Source: Rickettsia typhi
GTDB taxonomy: Bacteria; Pseudomonadota; Alphaproteobacteria; Rickettsiales; UBA1997
Direction of reading: 5' to 3'
Assembly (NCBI GenBank): GCA_945902255.1
Contig: CAMDMO010000001.1
Coordinates: 1-36,513, forward strand
DNA length: 36,513 nucleotides
Positions 27,056 through 36,485 of this stretch are shown here, one piece after another. A model generated the notes under the pieces. The model did no database searches and was not told where the DNA came from. It saw nothing but the letters and a program-made list of their open reading frames with translations. Both the position numbers and the translations under genes were made by a program. Within the stretch, counting starts at the first letter, position 1. Each line of letters begins with the position of its first letter.

Positions 27056-27884
27056 CATAGCAATAAAAAATATAGTAAACAACCCCATATCAAATCCAAC
27101 ATCTCATAGCGCTTCATTAAATCGCATAAATAATACCGGAGAAACTTTAGAGCTTTACATAAAAGATATTTTTTGTAACTCACTTCGCATTACAGAGCAA
27201 AATAAAAAAACAGAAATTTTCTCAAATTATTTTTCTTATATTGGAAATCAAAATAATCCACCAGATCTCATAATAAAAAATGGAGATGCGATTGAAATAA
27301 AAAAAATTGAAAATTCTCATTCTGGAATCGCTTTAAATAGCTCTTACCCAAAAGATAAATTATATTCTGACAGCTCAATGATCACAAAAAGCTGTAAAGA
27401 ATGTGAAGATTGGGAAGAAAAAGATCTTCTTTACGCGATAGGATTCATTAAAAATAAAGTATTAAAATCTCTTTGGTTTGTTTACGGAGATTGCTACGCT
27501 GCAGACAAAGAAACTTACGAAAGAATTAAGAAAAAAATCTCTTCTGGCTTAAATGATATATCAAATATAGAGCTCTCAGAAACAAATGAGCTTGGAAGAG
27601 TGAATAAAGTCGATCCTCTTGGAATAACTTATCTGCGCATAAGAGGAATGTGGCACATAGAAAATCCAAAAAAAGTTTTTGACTATGTTTGCAAAGAATC
27701 AGAATCAAATTTTACCGTAAATGCATTAATTTTGCGAAATAAGTATGATTCATTTCCTGAAAACGACAAAAGAGAAATAGAACAAATTAAAAAATCAGGA
27801 TTTACCATTCAAGATGTCAAGATTAAGTCCCCAAACAATCCAGCAAAAATGCTTGATGCAAAACTAATTTCATTCAATAACTAA
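27039..27884 (+). CDS. type II restriction endonuclease, NgoPII-like (probable GGCC)
   Basis: 281 aa, immediately upstream (2-nt gap) of a HaeIII-like m5C methyltransferase. Blocks NGDAIEIKKIE, ELGRVNKVDPLGITYLRIRGMWHIENP and IKIKSPNNPA match my recollection of R.NgoPII. No database search was possible. Confidence 0.65.
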   Translation: MHTNLLIAIKNIVNNPISNPTSHSASLNRINNTGETLELYIKDIFCNSLRITEQNKKTEIFSNYFSYIGNQNNPPDLIIKNGDAIEIKKIENSHSGIALNSSYPKDKLYSDSSMITKSCKECEDWEEKDLLYAIGFIKNKVLKSLWFVYGDCYAADKETYERIKKKISSGLNDISNIELSETNELGRVNKVDPLGITYLRIRGMWHIENPKKVFDYVCKESESNFTVNALILRNKYDSFPENDKREIEQIKKSGFTIQDVKIKSPNNPAKMLDAKLISFNN

Positions 27885-27886
27885 AT

Positions 27887-28873
27887 ATGAGAGTAGCATC
27901 ATTATTTTCCGGCGCTGGAGGTCTAGATAAAGGATTTGAAAAAGCCGGTTTTCATGTAATTTGGGCAAACGAATATGATTCAACTATCTGGGATACTTTT
28001 AAGCTAAATTTTCCAAATACAACTCTTGACAAAAGAAGTATTGTTAAAGTTCAAAGCAATGAGGTTCCCGATATTGACGGCATAATAGGTGGTCCTCCAT
28101 GTCAAAGCTGGAGCGAAGCTGGAGCTGGTCGCGGAATTAACGATAAGCGCGGTCAACTATTTTATGAATATATACGCTTACTAAAAGACAAGAAGCCTAA
28201 ATTCTTTTTTGCCGAGAATGTTTCTGGGATACTTCATCCAAAACACGCTATAGCTTTTTCTAGCATCATTCAAGAATTCAAAGACGCGGGATATGAAGTC
28301 TCTTACAAACTGCTAAACACCAATAATTATGATGTGCCTCAAGATCGCTTGCGCCTCATAATAATTGGCTATCACATAAATTTAGGAAAGAAGTTTGAGT
28401 TTCCAGAGCCACAAGAATATAAACCCGTTCTAAAAGATATAATTTATGATTTACAAGAAGCAACCCCCGCAAAAGATGGAAATAAAACAAATGGTGATGA
28501 ATTAAATATTGCAAATCATGAATATATGAATGGCGGGTTCTCAACAATATATATGTCTCGCAATAGAGTTAGGGCTTGGAATGAGCCATCTTTTACTATT
28601 CAAGCCGGTGGCAGACATGCTCCCATTCACCCTCAAGCTCCAAAAATGCAATTTGTTGAGCAAAATAAAAGGATCTTCGCTCCAGAAAAAGAACATTTAT
28701 ATCGCCGATTATCAGTTAGAGAATGCGCAAGAATTCAAACATTTCCCGACAACTTTATTTTTAAGTATAAAAATATTGCAGATGGCTATAAAATGATCGG
28801 AAATGCTGTGCCTGTAAATTTTGCTTATCATTTAGCGAAAAAAATATTTGAAGATTTATCCGCAAAGAATTAA
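27887..28873 (+). CDS. DNA (cytosine-5)-methyltransferase, M.HaeIII/M.NgoPII-like (probable GGCC)
   Basis: 328 aa with all m5C motifs: LFSGAGGLDKGF (I), GGPPCQSWS (IV), AENVSG (VI), QDRLRL (VIII), RRLSVRECARIQTFPD (IX) and GNAVPV (X). The variable region NHEY...STIYMSRNRVRAWNEPSFTIQAGGR...HPQAP closely follows M.HaeIII as I recall it. Confidence 0.9.
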   Translation: MRVASLFSGAGGLDKGFEKAGFHVIWANEYDSTIWDTFKLNFPNTTLDKRSIVKVQSNEVPDIDGIIGGPPCQSWSEAGAGRGINDKRGQLFYEYIRLLKDKKPKFFFAENVSGILHPKHAIAFSSIIQEFKDAGYEVSYKLLNTNNYDVPQDRLRLIIIGYHINLGKKFEFPEPQEYKPVLKDIIYDLQEATPAKDGNKTNGDELNIANHEYMNGGFSTIYMSRNRVRAWNEPSFTIQAGGRHAPIHPQAPKMQFVEQNKRIFAPEKEHLYRRLSVRECARIQTFPDNFIFKYKNIADGYKMIGNAVPVNFAYHLAKKIFEDLSAKN

Positions 28874-28881
28874 AAAATCTC

Positions 28882-28902
28882 AACCATGCACACCTACCTC
28901 CT
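28882..28902 (+). repeat. direct repeat, right copy (AACCATGCACACCtACcTcCT), containing the yejB start codon
   Basis: See 27035-27055. The two copies bracket exactly the R-M gene pair, with repeat starts 1847 bp apart. Confidence 0.7.
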
Positions 28903-29977
28903 AAAACGCTTCCTACTAATATTCCCCACACTATTCATCATAATGATGATAAACTTCCTTATCATCCAAACCGCTCCAGGCGGCCCAGTCGAGCGCTTTA
29001 TCGCTCAAATGAATCACGCCACCAAAACTAGTGGCGAAATAAGCGAAACCTCACTCACTCAACAAAATTTTAATCCAAATTCATCAACCACTTCCAGTCT
29101 TAAATATCAAGGATCACAAGGAATTGATCCTGAAATAATTAAAAAAATTGAAAAACTCTACGGCTTTGATTTGCCTCTTTGGCAACGCTTTTATCTAATG
29201 ATGAAAAAATTTATCACTTTTGATTTTGGCGAAAGTTTTTATCAAGATAGAAAAGTTCTAGATTTAATTTTTGATAAACTTCCAATATCAATATCACTAG
29301 GCCTTTGGACCACATTACTAATTTACTTAATTTCAATTCCTTTGGGAATAAAAAAAGCAATTAATGACGGCTCAAAATTCGATATTTCAAGCAGCAGTTT
29401 AGTAATTTTTTTACACGCCATTCCTTCATTTCTTTTTGCAATTTTATTAATAATTATTTTTGCCGGCGGAAATTTTTTAAACATCTTTCCTTTGCGCGGC
29501 TTAGTTTCAGAGAATTTCCATCAATTAAATTTTGCTGAAAAAATTCTTGATTATTTTTGGCATTTAACTCTGCCCATAATTGCCATGACCATTGGCGGAT
29601 TCGCATCTCTAACTTTTTTCTGCAAAAATTCTTTTATTGAAGAAATTAACAAACAATATGTCTTAAGCGCTTACGCCAAAGGCTTAAATCAACGCCAAGT
29701 AATTTATCGCCATATATTTCCAAACGCGATGATGATTGTAATTGCTGGCATTCCCGCCGCTTTAATTGGAATAATTTTTACCAGCTCAATGTTAATTGAA
29801 GTAATTTTTTCACTAGATGGCTTGGGTCTATTAGGCTATGAGGCAGCGCTATCGCGAGACTATCCAATAATGTTTGCTACACTTTATATTTTTACTTTAT
29901 TAGGATTGTTAACTAATATTATCAGCGACTTTACTTACAAAATAGTCGACCCTAGAATTAACTTTCAAAAATCATAA
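28886..29977 (+). CDS. yejB: ABC transporter permease, YejB-like (peptide/opine family)
   Basis: 363 aa, collinear with E. coli YejB as recalled: N-terminus M..YL..R.LL..PTL, QTAPGGPV, SISLGLWTTLLIYLISIPLGIKKA, LIEVIFSLDGLGLLGYEA and VDPRI. Confidence 0.85.
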   Translation: MHTYLLKRFLLIFPTLFIIMMINFLIIQTAPGGPVERFIAQMNHATKTSGEISETSLTQQNFNPNSSTTSSLKYQGSQGIDPEIIKKIEKLYGFDLPLWQRFYLMMKKFITFDFGESFYQDRKVLDLIFDKLPISISLGLWTTLLIYLISIPLGIKKAINDGSKFDISSSSLVIFLHAIPSFLFAILLIIIFAGGNFLNIFPLRGLVSENFHQLNFAEKILDYFWHLTLPIIAMTIGGFASLTFFCKNSFIEEINKQYVLSAYAKGLNQRQVIYRHIFPNAMMIVIAGIPAALIGIIFTSSMLIEVIFSLDGLGLLGYEAALSRDYPIMFATLYIFTLLGLLTNIISDFTYKIVDPRINFQKS

Positions 29978-29979
29978 AT

Positions 29980-31254
29980 ATGGCAGATCAAACTACTATT
30001 TACCTAGCCTCAACTTTAGTTTTAATTTTTATTTCAGCGCTTTTTTCTTGCTCAGAAACTTCAATTACCGCCGCTTCCAGAGCAAAAATTCATCGCCTAA
30101 AAAACGAAGGAAATAAACGCGCAAAAAAACTTGAAAAATTCTTGTCAGAGCGCGAAAAAGTTATTAGCGCAATGTTGGTTGGAAACAACGCCATCAACAT
30201 TTTAGCATCAGCACTTGCAACCAGCATATTAATAAAGCTTTTTGGCGAAACTGGATTAGTTTATGCCACAATTGGCATGACAATTCTGATTTTGATTTTT
30301 GCCGAAATTGCTCCAAAAACTTTAGCCCTAAAAGCACCAGAAACCATCGCTTTATTTCTTACGCCATTAATTAATATTTTGGTTAAAATTTGCTTTCCCC
30401 TAACCCATTTAACTCAAAAAATTGTCGATATTTTATTCGTGCCGTTTTTTATTAATTCAAAAAATAAAACCAATGAATCAGAATTAGAAGAAATTCGCGA
30501 TACCGTTGACCTAAAGGCTAAAGAAGGTACAATCTTTAAATATGACAAAGATTTAATTGACGGAGTTCTTGACTTATCTGATACTGAAATTAGCGAAATC
30601 ATGGTGCATCGCAAAGATATTATTTCAATTAATATCAACCTTCCAACCAGCGAAATTGTTAAGCAGGCGCTTAATTTGAATTACACTAGAATTCCTTTAT
30701 GGAGCGAAACAAAAGAAAATATCGTTGCAATTTTAAATGTAAGAAAATTACTCAAAGCTCTACATTCTTACAAAGAAAATATTGAAAAATTCGAAATTGG
30801 CAGCGCCACAAGTCAACCTTGGTTCGTGCCGTCAAGCAACACTTTACGCTCTCAACTTTTTGCCTTTAGAAAAAAGAAAAAAAGATTTTCTTTGGTCGTG
30901 GACGAATATGGATCAATATTGGGGTTATTAACTCTCGAAGATATTTTGGAAGAAATTGTTGGCGAAATTAAAGAACAAGAAGATGCAAATGAAATTAATA
31001 TCATCAAAACAAAATCCAATTTTTATAAAATCGCTGGCAAAACTTTAATTCGCGACATTAACAAAAAATTAGATTGGAACATTGCCGAACATGATCACGC
31101 TTACAACCTAACCGCTTTCATCATCAATAATTTAGGAAGAATTCCCGAAGAAAAAGAAAATTTAGTAATTAATGATTATTATTTCGAAATTTTAAAAAGA
31201 AAAAATCACGACCTAATTTTGATAAAGGTGAAAAAACTTAAAAAGCATCATTGA
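29980..31254 (+). CDS. CNNM/DUF21 - CBS pair - CorC/HlyC family membrane protein (putative divalent-cation efflux / hemolysin-C-like)
   Basis: 424 aa with an N-terminal 4-TM DUF21-like region (CSETSITAAS...), a central CBS-pair region (IMVHRKDI..., VVDEYGSILGLLTLEDILEEIVGEI) and a C-terminal CorC_HlyC-like domain. Confidence 0.8.
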   Translation: MADQTTIYLASTLVLIFISALFSCSETSITAASRAKIHRLKNEGNKRAKKLEKFLSEREKVISAMLVGNNAINILASALATSILIKLFGETGLVYATIGMTILILIFAEIAPKTLALKAPETIALFLTPLINILVKICFPLTHLTQKIVDILFVPFFINSKNKTNESELEEIRDTVDLKAKEGTIFKYDKDLIDGVLDLSDTEISEIMVHRKDIISININLPTSEIVKQALNLNYTRIPLWSETKENIVAILNVRKLLKALHSYKENIEKFEIGSATSQPWFVPSSNTLRSQLFAFRKKKKRFSLVVDEYGSILGLLTLEDILEEIVGEIKEQEDANEINIIKTKSNFYKIAGKTLIRDINKKLDWNIAEHDHAYNLTAFIINNLGRIPEEKENLVINDYYFEILKRKNHDLILIKVKKLKKHH

Positions 31255-31331
31255 GTCCAAATTGATAATTAGAATTTTAAAAGTGAATTGTGGGTTGAAA
31301 ATGGAATTGCAAACAAGATAAATAAAAACTA

Positions 31332-31360
31332 TTGACTAAAAACTTTCTTTTTGGTAAAAA
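31332..31360 (+). promoter_or_regulatory. candidate sigma70 promoter of the str operon (TTGACT - 17 nt - TAAAAA)
   Basis: The -35 is at 31332-31337 and the -10 is at 31355-31360, about 135 nt upstream of the rpsL ATG. Pattern match only. Confidence 0.35.
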
Positions 31361-31494
31361 TGACGCCCCCCATTGCCGAAATTAGATATCTATGCTAAAT
31401 AGTTAGATGTTTGCGACGGGTCTTTAGCTGTTTATTTGAAAAAAATTCTTTTTTTTAAAAAACTAAATAACTTAAATATTGATCAGCATTTTTC

Positions 31495-31866
31495 ATGCCT
31501 ACAATTAATCAATTGATTAGAAAATCAAGAGTAATCCAAACCAATAAAAATAAGGTTCCGGCTATGAAAGCCTGCCCTCAAAAAAGAGGTGTTTGTACTC
31601 GTGTTTATACCACAACTCCAAAAAAACCTAACTCGGCACTTCGTAAAGTTGCTCGCGTTAAATTAACTAACGGATTTGAAGTAATTGCCTACATTCCAGG
31701 CGAAGGTCACAATTTACAAGAACACTCTGTAGTTGCGATTCGCGGTGGTCGTGTAAAAGATTTGCCAGGTGTTAGATATCACATTATTAGAGGATATCTT
31801 GATACTCAGGGTGTAAAAAACCGTAAACAAGCCCGTTCTAAGTACGGCGCTCAAAAACCTAAATAA
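31495..31866 (+). CDS. rpsL: 30S ribosomal protein S12
   Basis: 123 aa: [10 protein letters not shown]...[29 protein letters not shown]. Confidence 0.97.
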   Translation: MPTINQLIRKSRVIQTNKNKVPAMKACPQKRGVCTRVYTTTPKKPNSALRKVARVKLTNGFEVIAYIPGEGHNLQEHSVVAIRGGRVKDLPGVRYHIIRGYLDTQGVKNRKQARSKYGAQKPK

Positions 31867-31917
31867 ATTTCAAGCCCATTAAAAAGGGCTCAAATAACTA
31901 AATAACAGAGTATTACC

Positions 31918-32385
31918 ATGAGAAGAAGAGCAGCGAAAATCAGAAAAATTTTCCCAGACGCCAAATATGGCGAAGTAATTGTTTCAAGATTTGTTAACCG
32001 CTTAATGAATGACGGAAAAAAATCCGTAGTTGAAAAAGCAATTTACGAAGCTTTTGATAATCTTGAAAAAAAGATCAAAAAAAATCCAATCGATATTTTT
32101 AAAGAAGCCCTAGAAAATGTAACTCCAAAAGTTGAAGTTAGATCTAGAAGAATCGGTGGCGCTACTTATCAAATTCCAGTTGAAGTTTCTGCTAGACGCG
32201 GTTCTGCATTAGCTTTAAAATGGCTAAAAACAGCAATCGAAAATATCAAAGGAAAAAATCTTTCAGTTAAAGTTGTAACTGTTGTTCTAGAATCTTTAGA
32301 AAATAAAGGTTGGGCAGCTAAGAAAAAAGAAGAAGTGTTTAAAATGGCTGAAGCTAACAAAGCTTTCGCTCACTATCGCTGGTAG
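31918..32385 (+). CDS. rpsG: 30S ribosomal protein S7
   Basis: 155 aa with PDAKYG, RRIGGATYQIPVEV and a C-terminal AFAHYRW. Confidence 0.96.
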   Translation: MRRRAAKIRKIFPDAKYGEVIVSRFVNRLMNDGKKSVVEKAIYEAFDNLEKKIKKNPIDIFKEALENVTPKVEVRSRRIGGATYQIPVEVSARRGSALALKWLKTAIENIKGKNLSVKVVTVVLESLENKGWAAKKKEEVFKMAEANKAFAHYRW

Positions 32386-32434
32386 TATCTAAACAAATAA
32401 AGATTTTACCGTTAACAATATCGATACTCTTTAC

Positions 32435-34138
32435 ATGAAAAAATATAAAAATATTGAGTTCGATATTGTTATACCGGTACATAAAAAAGATCTCGCAGTC
32501 CTCGAATATTGCATAGAAGCCGCAAAAAATAAAATCATCGGTGTCAGAAAAATCTTCATAGTTTCCAAAGAAAGATATAGCGAAAATGCTGAATGGGTTG
32601 ATGAAGCCTCATTTCCATTTTCAATAGAATTAGCGAAAAGCTATGTTGGAACTTCTTGTGGCTGGTATTTTCAACAGATGCTAAAAATGTATGCCCCCTT
32701 AGTAATTCCGGGCATCACCGAAAATGTTTTAATTCTTGACAGCGACACGGTTTTCTTTCGCAAAGTCAGCATGTTTGATAGTGAAGGTCGCCCTCTTTAT
32801 AATATTAGTAAGGACACCAAACTATGTCGCAGATCCTTTGATCAATTGGTTGCAGCCCATATAAGAAAATTACTTCCATCTATCGCCACAGAAAATCTTC
32901 CTGAAGAATTTCAAACTCTTTCCGGCATTAGTCATAACATGATTTTTAACCAAAAAATCTTAAGAGAGTTATTTAAAAAAATCGAAGATCACGACGCTTC
33001 TGGCGATCCTTTTTATAAAATATTTTTTAAAAATTCCGGCATATCTCACGGCGCCTCAGAATATCAAATCTATTTTTGCTTTTTATTAGTTTATCATAGA
33101 AACGAGGTTGGTTTTAGAAGATTAAGATATAAAAATACCGCTGACTTGAATATTAAAAAATATCGTCGTCGCCTTAAATATCACTATTGCTCTTTTCATT
33201 CTTATTTAAGAAGCACGGTTATCAAATCTTGGCGCATGAAGCTAAGAAAAATTATCAATAAATTATTTTTTATTGATAAGTGGAATTGTGGAATTGCAAA
33301 TTGTGGAATTGAAAATTTTCTAACACTTCCTAATCAGAAAATTAATTGGCTTGCAAGCGTTAGCTCTCTTGACTTCCGCGCCGATCCTTTTGGAATCATT
33401 AGTCACGATGCTAAAAAACATATTTTCTTTGAAGATTACAGTTATTTAAAAAGAAAAGGTGAAATTATTCGCGCCGAAATTGACGATAATTTTAACATTC
33501 TAAACAAAACTTCTCTACTTACAAAACCCTATCACCTCTCTTACCCTTATATTTTCGAAAATGATGGCGAGAACTTCATGCTGGTTGAAAGTTATAAAGC
33601 AAAAAAACTTGAACTATATAAAATCACTAAAAATCTTGGATTAGAAAAAGTCAAAGATTTACTCAGCAATCTTGAAATAGTTGATCCTTCAATAATAAAA
33701 TTTAACGAAATTTGGTGGTTATTTTTCAATTTAAATAATGAGGGCGATGGGAAACTTCACCTAGCTTATAGCGATAACTTGCTTGGCGAATGGAAAATGC
33801 ACCCAAAAAATCCAATTAAAGATAATATTTCCTCCGCTCGTTCAGCTGGAAAAATTTTCTTACATAATGGCTCCTTATATAGACCGGCACAAAATTGCCA
33901 ATTTAATTATGGCAATTCAATCGTCATAAATAAAATAACTACCCTTGATTCACAAAATTACGAAGAGCAAGCTGAAATTGAAATCCATCCCAATCAGTTG
34001 GGGCATTATCCAGATGGACTTCACAACATATCGCCTTTAGGAAAAAATTTAACCTTAATCGATGGCAAAAAGAAAATTTTTGTTTTTTACAAGCCACTTA
34101 TAGCATTATTTAGAGTTTTTTACAAAAATTTCTTGTAG
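32435..34138 (+). CDS. two-domain protein: N-terminal GT-A-like putative glycosyltransferase (DxD = DSD) fused to a C-terminal beta-propeller-like domain
   Basis: 567-aa ORF. The N-terminus has DIVIPVHKKDL, GWYFQQMLKMY and LILDSDTVFF, which I recall from DUF6492-type nucleotide-sugar transferases. The C-terminus has WNCGI, DFRADPFG, FFEDYSYLKRKGEI, DPSIIKF and LAYSDNLLGEWKMHPKNPI. I recall this pattern from bacterial proteins annotated as the glucosamine inositolphosphorylceramide transferase-like / GH43-like propeller family. Confidence 0.6.
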   Translation: MKKYKNIEFDIVIPVHKKDLAVLEYCIEAAKNKIIGVRKIFIVSKERYSENAEWVDEASFPFSIELAKSYVGTSCGWYFQQMLKMYAPLVIPGITENVLILDSDTVFFRKVSMFDSEGRPLYNISKDTKLCRRSFDQLVAAHIRKLLPSIATENLPEEFQTLSGISHNMIFNQKILRELFKKIEDHDASGDPFYKIFFKNSGISHGASEYQIYFCFLLVYHRNEVGFRRLRYKNTADLNIKKYRRRLKYHYCSFHSYLRSTVIKSWRMKLRKIINKLFFIDKWNCGIANCGIENFLTLPNQKINWLASVSSLDFRADPFGIISHDAKKHIFFEDYSYLKRKGEIIRAEIDDNFNILNKTSLLTKPYHLSYPYIFENDGENFMLVESYKAKKLELYKITKNLGLEKVKDLLSNLEIVDPSIIKFNEIWWLFFNLNNEGDGKLHLAYSDNLLGEWKMHPKNPIKDNISSARSAGKIFLHNGSLYRPAQNCQFNYGNSIVINKITTLDSQNYEEQAEIEIHPNQLGHYPDGLHNISPLGKNLTLIDGKKKIFVFYKPLIALFRVFYKNFL

Positions 34139-34234
34139 ATTTAAAACTAAATGATACTGTGCGCCGCCCTTGCTTTTAGCAGACAATTATTTCCTGTCTA
34201 GAATCTTCTTTATTTAAAAAATATTTCACTAATT

Positions 34235-36313
34235 ATGGCACGTCAAATTGAAATCGAAAAATATCGTAATATAGGCATTATGGCTCATATTGATGCTGGT
34301 AAAACTACTACTACTGAGCGTATTTTATTCTATACTGGAAAATCTCACAAAATTGGTGAAGTTCATGATGGCGCCGCTACTATGGATTGGATGGAACAAG
34401 AACAAGAGCGCGGTATTACAATTACCTCTGCAGCAACAACTTGTTTCTGGAAAGAGCATCGCATCAATATTATCGACACTCCAGGGCACGTAGACTTCAC
34501 AATTGAAGTTGAACGCTCGCTTCGTGTATTAGACGGCGCTATTTGTGTATTTGACGCAGTTGCCGGCGTTGAACCGCAATCTGAAACCGTTTGGAGACAA
34601 GCTAATAAATATAAAGTTCCAAGAATGTGTTTCGTTAATAAAATGGATCGCATCGGCGCTAATTTTTATCGCTGCATGGATATGATGAAAACCAGACTTG
34701 GCGCACGCCCAATCCCAATTCAATTACCTATTGATCAAGCTGAAAATTATGGTGGATTAATTGATTTAGTTAAAATGAAAGCTGTAGTTTGGAAAGACGA
34801 AACTATGGGCGCTGATTTTAGTTACGAAGAAATTCCAGCTCACTTAAAAGCTCAAGCTGACGAATATCGTCAACTTTTAGTTGAGGCAGCGGTTGAACAA
34901 GATGACAACTTAATGGAACAATATTTAGGCGGCGAAGAAATCTCTGAAGCAGATCTAAAAAGATGTATAAGAAAAGCTACAATTGCCGGCTCTTTCGTTC
35001 CAGTTTTGAACGGAACTGCCTTTAAAAATAAAGGAGTTCAAACCTTGCTAGACGCGGTTGTAGATTACCTACCAAATCCGACTGACATTAAAGAAGTTTC
35101 AGCAATTGATGCAAATACTGATGCAGTAATCTCAATCAACTGCGGTGATAAAAAATTTGCAGGTTTAGCTTTTAAAATTATGACCGATCCTTTCGTTGGA
35201 TCTCTAACTTTCGTTCGCATTTACTCTGGCTCTTTAGCTGGCGGAACTGGAGTTGTAAACACAACAAAAAACTCAAAAGAAAGAGTTGGTAGAATTTTGT
35301 TAATGCATGCCAATAATCGTGAAGATATTAAAGAAGCTTATGCTGGTGATATCGTGGCTCTGGCTGGTTTAAAAAATACCACAACTGGTGACACTCTAGT
35401 TGAAGCTGATAATCACATCATATTAGAGCGCATGATTTTCCCTGAACCAGTAATCGAGGTTTCAGTTGAACCCAAATCAACTGCCGACCAAGAAAGAATG
35501 GGCATCGCTTTATCACGCCTAGCTTCAGAAGATCCTTCACTTCGCATTGAATCTGATCAAGAATCTGGTCAAACTATTCTTCGTGGAATGGGTGAATTAC
35601 ACCTTGAAATCATTATTGATCGCATGAAACGCGAATTCAAAGTTGAGGCTAACATTGGTCAACCAAAAGTTGCTTATCGCGAAACTATTACTAAAAAAGT
35701 TGAAATTGACTATACTCACAAAAAACAATCTGGTGGCTCTGGTCAATTTGCGAAAGTTAAAATTATCTTCGAACCACTTCCTTCAGACGCTCCTGAAAAT
35801 TTCGTTTTCGAAAGCAAAGTAGTTGGTGGACGCGTTCCAAAAGAATTTATTCCGGGTGTTGAAAAAGGTTTAAAATCAGCAAAAGAAACTGGCTTTTTAG
35901 CTGGCTTCCCAGTAGTTAGATTAAAAACCAGCTTGATGGATGGTGCTTATCACGATGTTGACTCTAGTGTTCTTGCTTTCGAAATTGCCGCTCGCAGCGC
36001 TTTCCGCGAAGCTATGGAAAAAGCCGGACCAATCATTCTTGAGCCAATCATGAAAGTTGAAGTAGTTACTCCAGAAGAATATATGGGCGATGTAATTGGC
36101 GATATCAACTCTCGTCGCGGTCAAATTCAAAACCTAGAAGGACGCGATGTTGCGCAAGTAATTACCGCTAAAGTTCCTCTTGCTTCAATGTTCGGTTATG
36201 TAAATAGCTTACGCTCTCTTTCACAAGGTCGTGCAAGTTACGCAATGGAATTTGAATGCTATGAATCAGTTCCTGCAGCAGTTGCTGAAGAAATTAAAGC
36301 GAAAAAAAGCTAA
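34235..36313 (+). CDS. fusA: translation elongation factor G
   Basis: 692 aa with [23 protein letters not shown] and NKMDR. Full-length EF-G pattern. Confidence 0.97.
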   Translation: MARQIEIEKYRNIGIMAHIDAGKTTTTERILFYTGKSHKIGEVHDGAATMDWMEQEQERGITITSAATTCFWKEHRINIIDTPGHVDFTIEVERSLRVLDGAICVFDAVAGVEPQSETVWRQANKYKVPRMCFVNKMDRIGANFYRCMDMMKTRLGARPIPIQLPIDQAENYGGLIDLVKMKAVVWKDETMGADFSYEEIPAHLKAQADEYRQLLVEAAVEQDDNLMEQYLGGEEISEADLKRCIRKATIAGSFVPVLNGTAFKNKGVQTLLDAVVDYLPNPTDIKEVSAIDANTDAVISINCGDKKFAGLAFKIMTDPFVGSLTFVRIYSGSLAGGTGVVNTTKNSKERVGRILLMHANNREDIKEAYAGDIVALAGLKNTTTGDTLVEADNHIILERMIFPEPVIEVSVEPKSTADQERMGIALSRLASEDPSLRIESDQESGQTILRGMGELHLEIIIDRMKREFKVEANIGQPKVAYRETITKKVEIDYTHKKQSGGSGQFAKVKIIFEPLPSDAPENFVFESKVVGGRVPKEFIPGVEKGLKSAKETGFLAGFPVVRLKTSLMDGAYHDVDSSVLAFEIAARSAFREAMEKAGPIILEPIMKVEVVTPEEYMGDVIGDINSRRGQIQNLEGRDVAQVITAKVPLASMFGYVNSLRSLSQGRASYAMEFECYESVPAAVAEEIKAKKS

Positions 36314-36356
36314 TTTAAAAAATAGTTTTGTATTCTTTAATTGAATAAATTTAAGC

Positions 36357-36384
36357 ATGACCCCGTCGAAATGACGGGGCTCAT
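36357..36384 (+). terminator. hairpin after fusA (ATGACCCCGTC-gaaat-GACGGGGcTCAT)
   Basis: 7-bp GC-rich core stem CCCCGTC/GACGGGG, extendable to 11 bp with one bulge, and a 5-nt loop. It is followed by CTCATCTTATCTT, which is only a weak U-tract. Confidence 0.5.
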
Positions 36385-36456
36385 CTTATCTTAAAATAGA
36401 AGTGTATTTTGTCATTTTTATAGAATTAAAATGACTTTAAAAAATAGTAAAAAAAC

Positions 36457-36485
36457 TTGATATTTTTTTACTTTAGAAATGTAAT
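36457..36485 (+). promoter_or_regulatory. candidate promoter for the next downstream gene (TTGATA - 17 nt - TGTAAT)
   Basis: Pattern match only, at the right edge of the window. The downstream gene is not visible. Confidence 0.2.

Noticed and set aside
31281-31316. Shared word TGGAATTGCAAA between the rpsL upstream region and the TGGAATTG x3 micro-repeat inside the 567-aa gene (33281-33320)
   Set aside because: A 12-nt match is expected by chance many times in 36 kb of AT-rich DNA. The internal micro-repeat simply encodes WNCGIANCGIEN.
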